IMG/VR virus record: IMGVR_UViG_3300008267_000108
Location: 1-42,669 of that record
Direction: 5' to 3' (one strand)
From: a virus
Lineage: Duplodnaviria; Caudoviricetes
DNA: 42,669 bases
A model generated the notes under the pieces. The model ran no database searches, was not told where the DNA came from, and saw only the letters and a program-made list of their open reading frames with translations. Made by a program: the position numbers and the translations under genes. This document shows positions 36,793 through 42,669 of the stretch, in pieces; positions within the stretch are counted from its first letter, which is position 1; every line of letters begins with the position of its first letter.

Positions 36793-36842
36793 TTGACAAC
36801 AGCCTCTATATGGTTACAATAAAATGTAATCGTATAGAGGCT
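36793..36842 (+). promoter_or_regulatory. Sigma70-like promoter overlapped by an 18-bp hairpin
   Basis: TTGACA-16 bp-TACAAT; stem AGCCTCTATATGGTTACA / TGTAATCGTATAGAGGCT. Confidence 0.7.
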
Positions 36843-36847
36843 TTGTT

Positions 36848-37069
36848 ATGAAACTAAATTACTTATTGCCAAAACATGAAAGAGATAAAAGATGTGATAA
36901 AACTGACCCAAATAGTAGAACACATTATTGGATTAAGACAGGAAGAATTGAAGCTAGTGTTGGCGGTAATATCGCAGTTGATTTTGTTTGCAAACATTGT
37001 GAACGTAGGGTCACAAGCTTTTTAACAGAACAAGAATTCAATACTCATAGAAGAGTTTTAGAGGGTTAA
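36848..37069 (+). CDS. Small putative Zn-binding protein
   Basis: C...H.W...CKHC; GAGG RBS. Confidence 0.6.
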   Translation: MKLNYLLPKHERDKRCDKTDPNSRTHYWIKTGRIEASVGGNIAVDFVCKHCERRVTSFLTEQEFNTHRRVLEG

Positions 37070-37073
37070 GAAT

Positions 37074-37355
37074 ATGTATTATCTATCACCAAAAAACAAG
37101 TACATGCTTGTCGAACCTGTAGAACAGGATAAGAAAGAAGAGCAGCAAAGAGCTTTCTACATACCAGATGAAAATGGTAAAACAGAAGAATATCAGATTG
37201 TCAGAGTTATTGAGGATTCCAATTTTAAATATGAACCAGAGACTTTGGTATTGGTTCCATCACACTTGCTTGAGAGAATAGAGATTAATGGACAAACCAA
37301 CTATTTAATTACGGAAAACTATGTAATAGCGTCCGTTACTAAATTGGAGGATTAA
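37074..37355 (+). CDS. GroES-like co-chaperonin
   Basis: LSPKNKYMLVEP...FYIPD...GQTNYLITENYVIA pattern; 93 aa. Confidence 0.7.
   Translation: MYYLSPKNKYMLVEPVEQDKKEEQQRAFYIPDENGKTEEYQIVRVIEDSNFKYEPETLVLVPSHLLERIEINGQTNYLITENYVIASVTKLED
37300..37307 (+). promoter_or_regulatory. Putative late promoter ACTATTTA within the groES-like 3' end
   Basis: Motif 50 bp upstream of ORF 37358. Confidence 0.55.
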
Positions 37356-37357
37356 GC

Positions 37358-37972
37358 GTGCCAACTAGCATTACCATATCAGACCTCAAAGGTCTTATTC
37401 AAGAAGTGTTGAAAGAGAAAACTGACCAACCATTGGTTGAGAGTAGTTATTCGCAGGTAATCAACATTGTCAGAGGGCAAAAAGAAAGTATATACCAATT
37501 TGGAATTATGACTGCTGAAAACCCAAGAGGTAAACCAGCGGACGCTACTTTTAATAACAAAGCAAATGCAGAGCTTGAAGCTGAGTTGCAAAAACGAGGT
37601 TATGGATATAGTAAGATTGGTGGCAAGTTTGGTGGTTCTAAAGAAAATTCATTTTTGATTAGAAACATTGCATATCACGAAATGGTAGATTTAGGTTATA
37701 AGTTCAAACAAGAAGCTGTAATCTTCGCTACAAAAAAGAAAGACGACCCATTTATGACATTCATTTATATTGACACCACCACTCCAAGTGGTACAATAGG
37801 TGATAAGAAAGAAGTTGTTCTATCAGACGAATCAGTCCAAAGCAGAGAGGATTTCTTCTCTAGTGTTGGAAGTGGAGAAAAAGAAAAAAAGTTCTTGATT
37901 CCATTCTTCGATGATGGTTATAATACTAAGAGGTTCACAAATGCAGGACGAACAATTGGAGATAAATCGTAA
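37358..37972 (+). CDS. SAM-lyase / DUF3293-like protein with a putative cleavable leader
   Basis: LKGLIQEVLKE...LVESSYS; FGIMTAENP...N..AN..L...L...GY.....G.F...ENSF...LG.KFKQEAVIF. GTG start with GGAGG RBS. Confidence 0.55.
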   Translation: MPTSITISDLKGLIQEVLKEKTDQPLVESSYSQVINIVRGQKESIYQFGIMTAENPRGKPADATFNNKANAELEAELQKRGYGYSKIGGKFGGSKENSFLIRNIAYHEMVDLGYKFKQEAVIFATKKKDDPFMTFIYIDTTTPSGTIGDKKEVVLSDESVQSREDFFSSVGSGEKEKKFLIPFFDDGYNTKRFTNAGRTIGDKS

Positions 37973-38150
37973 GAAGAAAAATCTACAAAACCAAATAAAG
38001 ATTTGTGAAGCAGCAATTAGGTTGCACCAATCACAGATACATGATAATAGTCGTACTGAGCGTTCACGCTGGCATCATGAACGCATGTTAGAAGTTGAAA
38101 CCAAGAAAATGTCAGATTTGCTAGATAAACTAAACAAACTGGAGGGTTAA
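37941..38150 (+). CDS. Small coiled-coil hypothetical protein
   Basis: ATG at 37941 with GAGG RBS; stop overlaps the next start. Confidence 0.5.
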   Translation: MQDEQLEINRKKKNLQNQIKICEAAIRLHQSQIHDNSRTERSRWHHERMLEVETKKMSDLLDKLNKLEG

Positions 38151-38413
38151 TGTCTGCAACAGAAAAGTCCAAGGAAGATTACATCGTAGATTATGTCGGT
38201 TCAATGGCTGCTATTGAGGATGCTATGGAGCCATTCAAGGAGCAGAAGCGTGATTTGCGTAAGGAGTATGTAGAGAACGGCTGGCTATCCAAGGAAGAGA
38301 TTAAGACCGCTGTTCGTGCTTTCCGACTTATGAAGGCAGAGGTTGATTTTGACGAGCTTCGTTCAACTTATCGTACTCTTCGCGGTACGGTAGGCCCAGA
38401 GGCAGAGGAGTAA
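38150..38413 (+). CDS. Small dsDNA-binding protein (T4 DsbA / GapR-like)
   Basis: Helical IE..ME..KEQ.RDLRKEY...G.L.K.EI..AVR pattern; GGAGG RBS. Confidence 0.5.
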   Translation: MSATEKSKEDYIVDYVGSMAAIEDAMEPFKEQKRDLRKEYVENGWLSKEEIKTAVRAFRLMKAEVDFDELRSTYRTLRGTVGPEAEE

Positions 38414-38414
38414 G

Positions 38415-38936
38415 ATGGAACCAACAGTACCACAAGCCACGCCAGAGGTGGCTCCAACGCCAACTGTAGAAGAGCAGGTTGTGTTGCAAGAAATGCATGA
38501 AACACAACAACAGTTACATGCAGTAAATGACCAAATTACTGATGCAGTAACACAAACACAAGAATCAACTGTTGTAAACGGTAATAGCACTCGCGATTAT
38601 CCAAGTCTTTATGATACTTATGGTACAACGATGATTGCAATTGTATTTGCAGTAGCCATAGTGTCCGCAGTTATTGGATTAGTGCAGTATATTTACCGCA
38701 AAGCTGCATCTGACCACTCAGCATTAACTCAATTTGTAACTACAATGTTTGCTCTTATCGCTGGTGTTTTTGTGGCCGACAAACTTGTTGCTGGCCCAAC
38801 GACTGAATTGCTAAATGGTCAAGAGTCTTTGAAAGTGCTTGAGTTTATTCAGCAAACTTGCTTAATGGTATTCGCTTATTATTTTGGTACTAAAGCGCAA
38901 CCACCAGCAGACGGCCCCCTTAACAAAGAGGACTAA
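38415..38936 (+). CDS. Membrane protein with about 3 transmembrane segments
   Basis: Hydrophobic stretches ending in VFAYYFG. Confidence 0.6.
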   Translation: MEPTVPQATPEVAPTPTVEEQVVLQEMHETQQQLHAVNDQITDAVTQTQESTVVNGNSTRDYPSLYDTYGTTMIAIVFAVAIVSAVIGLVQYIYRKAASDHSALTQFVTTMFALIAGVFVADKLVAGPTTELLNGQESLKVLEFIQQTCLMVFAYYFGTKAQPPADGPLNKED

Positions 38937-39647
38937 ATGAAATCTATCGATTTATATGGTGACGGAATCGGCAAGGTCGATTTGGTTGAACATATGGGTT
39001 CTGACTTAACAGTAGTCAATAGTGCCCGCGTATCATTTGGAAAACACAAGGAGACATTAGAAGATGCTGACAAAAAGCTTGTGGATTATCTTATTCGTCA
39101 CCGTCATACTTCTGTGTTAGAGCATAACTTTGTAACTTTCAGATTTAAAGTTCCTTTGTTTGTTCGGTCACAACACCACAGGCATCGCACTTGGTCTTAT
39201 AACGAGATATCAAGACGATATACGGAGTTTAATATTGAGTTCTACCAACCAAAAGAATACCGAAAACAACACAAATCAAACAGGCAAGCTTCGACGGATG
39301 ATACCTTTAATCCAGAGTTTTATAGTTCTGGCCTCGATATCAGTCATTCTGCTACGTCAGTCGTTGAAGGATTGTTCAAAGACTCCTTACGAGTCTACAA
39401 TAGACTTTTAGAGAACGGTGTTTGTAAGGAACAGGCCCGCATGGTACTTCCACAAGCCATGTATACAGAATATTATGGTTCAGCTAATTTAAGCAACATC
39501 CTCAAATTTGTTGACCTTCGTTTACACGAAGGCGCACAATGGGAAATTCAACAAGTTGCACAAGCGGTTCTTGATATTGTTACAGACTTGTATCCAGAAA
39601 CTGTCGGTGCTTACCGTAGAATTAGGGATGAAAAACACAGTTCATAA
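38937..39647 (+). CDS. thyX: Flavin-dependent thymidylate synthase
   Basis: VVNSARVS, H.SVLEH, RHRTWSYNEISRRY, EQARMVLP and AQWEI. Confidence 0.95.
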   Translation: MKSIDLYGDGIGKVDLVEHMGSDLTVVNSARVSFGKHKETLEDADKKLVDYLIRHRHTSVLEHNFVTFRFKVPLFVRSQHHRHRTWSYNEISRRYTEFNIEFYQPKEYRKQHKSNRQASTDDTFNPEFYSSGLDISHSATSVVEGLFKDSLRVYNRLLENGVCKEQARMVLPQAMYTEYYGSANLSNILKFVDLRLHEGAQWEIQQVAQAVLDIVTDLYPETVGAYRRIRDEKHSS

Positions 39648-40503
39648 GTACGATAATATAATAATCGGTTCTACTTTAGAAGCATTATTATATTCATATA
39701 TGACGGGTTATCCCGTATTTTTTGCTGGCTCAAGGTGTCCAAAGGAATTTGAATACTTTGAGCCAGCATTGGCATTTCATCTTTTGAAATCCGAAACAAG
39801 AAATATTAAATCCAACAATGGTAATATACTGGTCGGCTCTCGTAAAGATAAATTTTGGCATTATCTAATGATATGTTTGTCTCATGTTGGATTGGTTCCA
39901 ATTACCGATGCATCTTCTGTGCGAGTAGAAGAAGACCATATCAGAATAATTAAAGATAACCGACTTATTAAGATAAAGGCAAAAACCATACACCTTTTTG
40001 ACGACTTAGGTGTAGAAGGATTGATGCCACCAAAAGAAACAAGTGGCAAGTTCTCTTCTTACGAATGGGTAATATTTAACTCATTGTATCCACATGAATA
40101 TGATTTGCTGCTATCTGAAGAGTCTCCAATACAGGAATTGTGGTTTTTAGAGCCTACAATGAAAGCGCGATTTAAAGACGGCTGCATAGTATCACATTTT
40201 GATACCGTGCAGCAGATGCATGAAGAATTGACACAATTTGCTTTGATTTTTAAACTGAAAGATATATTCAAAAAATACGATATCAAAGGCAAGGCAAACG
40301 GTGTCTATCATATGAATAAATCAATTCAAAGATACAAGCAAGTACATTATCAGATAGTTGCTAGCGACATAGAGTATCCAAGAAATGTTTATGAATCTAT
40401 TGACAACATTATGTTTTGTGATTATACTATACAGTCACTAGTCAATCAATTAACCCCCAATCCAAAAGTCGATTATATATGGAAAAACCTGTTAAGCACA
40501 TAG
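39628..40503 (+). CDS. Hypothetical protein with a degenerate dinucleotide-binding N-terminus
   Basis: YDNIIIGSTLEALLYS resembles the beta-alpha start of FAD oxidoreductases but lacks GxGxxG. Probable ATG at 39628. Confidence 0.45.
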   Translation: MKNTVHKYDNIIIGSTLEALLYSYMTGYPVFFAGSRCPKEFEYFEPALAFHLLKSETRNIKSNNGNILVGSRKDKFWHYLMICLSHVGLVPITDASSVRVEEDHIRIIKDNRLIKIKAKTIHLFDDLGVEGLMPPKETSGKFSSYEWVIFNSLYPHEYDLLLSEESPIQELWFLEPTMKARFKDGCIVSHFDTVQQMHEELTQFALIFKLKDIFKKYDIKGKANGVYHMNKSIQRYKQVHYQIVASDIEYPRNVYESIDNIMFCDYTIQSLVNQLTPNPKVDYIWKNLLST

Positions 40504-41390
40504 CTGGCATTATTCCTGTTGCTGGTGAACGTTCCGACTTTGCATTAGAATGGCACGATTCTATGATGCCAATTGCACCTAATTATTTGGCTGTTGAAAG
40601 AGCAGTATTAGAATGTGCATATGCTGGTTGTTCATCTATTTGGATTGTGTGTAATGATGATATTTCACCCATCCTAAAATATAGGATACGTGACTTCATA
40701 AGTGACCCCGCATATTCTAGATTTAAATTTAGTAATTATGCTTTTCGTTTACGAAACGTGAAGCAGCAAAAATTAATCCCCATCTTTTATGTTCCCGTAC
40801 ATGCGAAATACAGAGGAAGAGTCGATTCGCTCGGTTTTTCAATTATACATGGAGCAACCTATGCTAATAATATTGCTAGTAGAGTTAGTGAGCGCACCCG
40901 ACCACAAATGTACTATGTTGCATTCCCATTTGGTGCTTATGAGCCAAAGTTTATAAAGCCGCTGCGGAAACAAATGTATGCAGGTAACCGTGTGCTGGCT
41001 ACATTTGATAACAAATCAGTCAGAGATAATGAGTATCTCGGCTTTTCGTTTAGATTTTCAGATATAAATTCATTTATTGATAAGATAAAGGCAGGAGCAA
41101 AAAAGTCATACCGCGATGATAAAGGAGAATTAATTCCTTTACCAAAGGAAAAATGGTATGAAGCAAAAGAATATACACTAGATAAGATATATGGAGACTA
41201 TAATCCAAGTGATTTAGTCACAAGACCCATTAGATGGTATCATAATATCGGTTCTTGGGATTCTTATCGTAAGTTTTTGGCTACTGAACAATGCAGGTAT
41301 TTAAAATACGAAAGACCCGTATTTTTATCTGCTCGTCATTATGAACAGTTTTCTATTTTAAACGAGGAAGAAGAAGATGGGAATGTTTGA
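40479..41390 (+). CDS. Divergent sugar-nucleotidyltransferase-fold protein
   Basis: GIIPVAG...MMPI...AVERAV.ECAYAGC..IWIV and WY.NIGSW.SY resemble RmlA/GalU-type NTP transferases. Confidence 0.55.
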   Translation: MEKPVKHIAGIIPVAGERSDFALEWHDSMMPIAPNYLAVERAVLECAYAGCSSIWIVCNDDISPILKYRIRDFISDPAYSRFKFSNYAFRLRNVKQQKLIPIFYVPVHAKYRGRVDSLGFSIIHGATYANNIASRVSERTRPQMYYVAFPFGAYEPKFIKPLRKQMYAGNRVLATFDNKSVRDNEYLGFSFRFSDINSFIDKIKAGAKKSYRDDKGELIPLPKEKWYEAKEYTLDKIYGDYNPSDLVTRPIRWYHNIGSWDSYRKFLATEQCRYLKYERPVFLSARHYEQFSILNEEEEDGNV

Positions 41391-41832
41391 TACAATTGAG
41401 ATTGAAAATGATATTCAAAATGGCCCAAAAGCTGGTGAATATCAGACTAAAGACCTTGATAGTGCGCTAGAAACTTATCATATTCGTGATAATAGGCTTA
41501 TTAAACGCGCATATAAATACAATGCAGTAGAGGAGTCAAAACGTAAGCACAAGTGGCATCTTATGGAAGCAGAATTTATTGGGCTTATGGATATTGATTA
41601 TCATGGATGGATTGAGATATATGGTGCTTATAGCACTTGGAGACTTAAATTTACAGATGGTGAATTAAAGGAGTGTAAACTTATGCAACAATTCAATGAA
41701 CCACCAGTTGTTAAAGATGAAGAAAAAACTAAAGAAGAACAAGCACTTAAGAACGGTGAGATTGCCTACTGGTCTGGTGATGGGCAAGAATATGAGGTTG
41801 ACGAGGAAGAAGAAGCGGGATATGATTACTAA
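41377..41832 (+). CDS. Conserved phage hypothetical protein
   Basis: MGMFDTI, YQTKDL and YHG.I..Y...FTDG.L motifs; acidic tail. Confidence 0.65.
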   Translation: MGMFDTIEIENDIQNGPKAGEYQTKDLDSALETYHIRDNRLIKRAYKYNAVEESKRKHKWHLMEAEFIGLMDIDYHGWIEIYGAYSTWRLKFTDGELKECKLMQQFNEPPVVKDEEKTKEEQALKNGEIAYWSGDGQEYEVDEEEEAGYDY

Positions 41833-41848
41833 ACATGGAGTTGAAAGT

Positions 41849-42669
41849 ATGCCTATCAAGTTTGTCGGACTTCACGCACATTCTGTAGCAGGTTCTATTT
41901 TTGATGCTCTTGGATATCCACAAGAGCATATGGATTTTGCATGGGGCAACGGCTCCGATGCACTTGCACTAACAGACCACGGTAATATGAATGGACTTGC
42001 GTATCAAGTCCTTCATGCTAAAAAGATGAAGAAGGATGGTAAGGTCTTCAAGCCAATCTTTGGCTGTGAAGCTTACTTTATTCCTTCAATTAGTGAGTGG
42101 CGTTCTGAATATGAGCGCATTAAGGCAGATGAAGATAAGAGCATCGATGATTCTATTTCGGGTGCTACGGTAGAGGACGAGGCTGCGACAAAGAAGGAGA
42201 ACAAGTCTGTTCTCAATCGTCGTCGTCACCTTGTTCTACTTGCACAAAACCAGCAAGGTCTAAACAATATCTTTAAGCTCATTTCTGAGTCTTATAAGTC
42301 TGAGAATTTCTATCGTTATCCACGCATGGATTACGCACTACTTGAGAAGTATAATGAGGGCATAATTGCCCTTTCTGCTTGTCTTGGTGGTGTATACGCT
42401 GGTTGTTATTGGGAGAATCGCGAGAAGGGTGAAGCTGCCATTCTCGCTTCTTTCCGTGAGACAACCAAGCGTATGATGGGTATTTTTGGTGACCGTTGGT
42501 ATGGTGAGCTTCAATGGAATAATGTACCAGAGCAGCATGAGCTTAACTCGTATATTATTAGAATGCATAATGAATTTGGCATTAAGCTTGTTTCTACTGC
42601 CGATAGCCACTATCCCAATCCCGATGCTTGGAAAGACCGCGAGCTTTACAAGCGTCTTGGTTGGCTTGG
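41849..42669 (+). CDS. dnaE: DNA polymerase III alpha subunit, PHP domain (3' truncated; not in the ORF track)
   Basis: Hand translation: FVGLHAHS..GS.FD..., ALALTDHGNMNG, KPIFGCEAY, HLVLLAQN..GL.N..KL.S, YPRMD, GIIALSACLGG and STADSHY. Alternative in-frame ATG at 41822. Confidence 0.9.
   Translation, partial: MPIKFVGLHAHSVAGSIFDALGYPQEHMDFAWGNGSDALALTDHGNMNGLAYQVLHAKKMKKDGKVFKPIFGCEAYFIPSISEWRSEYERIKADEDKSIDDSISGATVEDEAATKKENKSVLNRRRHLVLLAQNQQGLNNIFKLISESYKSENFYRYPRMDYALLEKYNEGIIALSACLGGVYAGCYWENREKGEAAILASFRETTKRMMGIFGDRWYGELQWNNVPEQHELNSYIIRMHNEFGIKLVSTADSHYPNPDAWKDRELYKRLGWL

Noticed and set aside
22-42610. Minus-strand and nested ORFs in the track (e.g. 5796-6329, 13501-14064, 21910-22368, 42338-42610)
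   Set aside because: They are antisense or alternate-frame shadows of well-supported + strand genes and have no recognisable motifs.
1-42669. Stop-codon reassignment
   Set aside because: Genes are intact under the standard code, and TAA, TAG and TGA all terminate genes at sensible boundaries.
1-42669. CRISPR arrays, tRNAs, introns, inteins or DGR repeats
   Set aside because: Intergenic gaps are short and explained by terminators and promoters. I saw no repeat-spacer pattern, cloverleaf or intein-sized insertion in RecA, DnaB or NrdJ. Covariance searches were not run.

Overview
A 42.7 kb fragment of a large, AT-rich myophage distantly related to T4. All credible genes are on the + strand and use the standard genetic code. 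1-19.5 kb is the virion module: scaffold, gp23-like major capsid, gp13-like neck, gp15-like terminator, sheath, two tube paralogues, gp26/gp51-like chaperones, tape measure and baseplate. 19.5-42.7 kb is a replication and nucleotide-metabolism module: a minimal family A polymerase, Nudix, degenerate tubulin-like protein, SSB, RecA/UvsX, deaminase, 5'-3' exonuclease, PurA, DnaB, class II RNR, GroES, ThyX and a partial DnaE. Two promoter classes are readable: sigma70-like TTGAC-N16/17-TAnnAT boxes before replication genes, and an ACTATTTA motif before virion genes. Three ACTATTTA-led islands sit inside the replication module. Five of their six proteins share an N-terminal leader (LxxExWrxFxxE) and the sixth has a looser variant. 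They carry candidate effector domains (ADP-ribosyltransferase, Cys phosphatase, papain-like amidase, SAM-lyase-like, small basic Cys modules) bounded by LxE sites. I infer a capsid-targeted, protease-processed set of injected effectors. Other notable signals are a probable +1/-2 frameshift joining the gp26- and gp51-like ORFs, promoters nested in hairpins, and apparent avoidance of GATC and CCWGG. All family assignments come from motifs recognised by eye; no searches were run.
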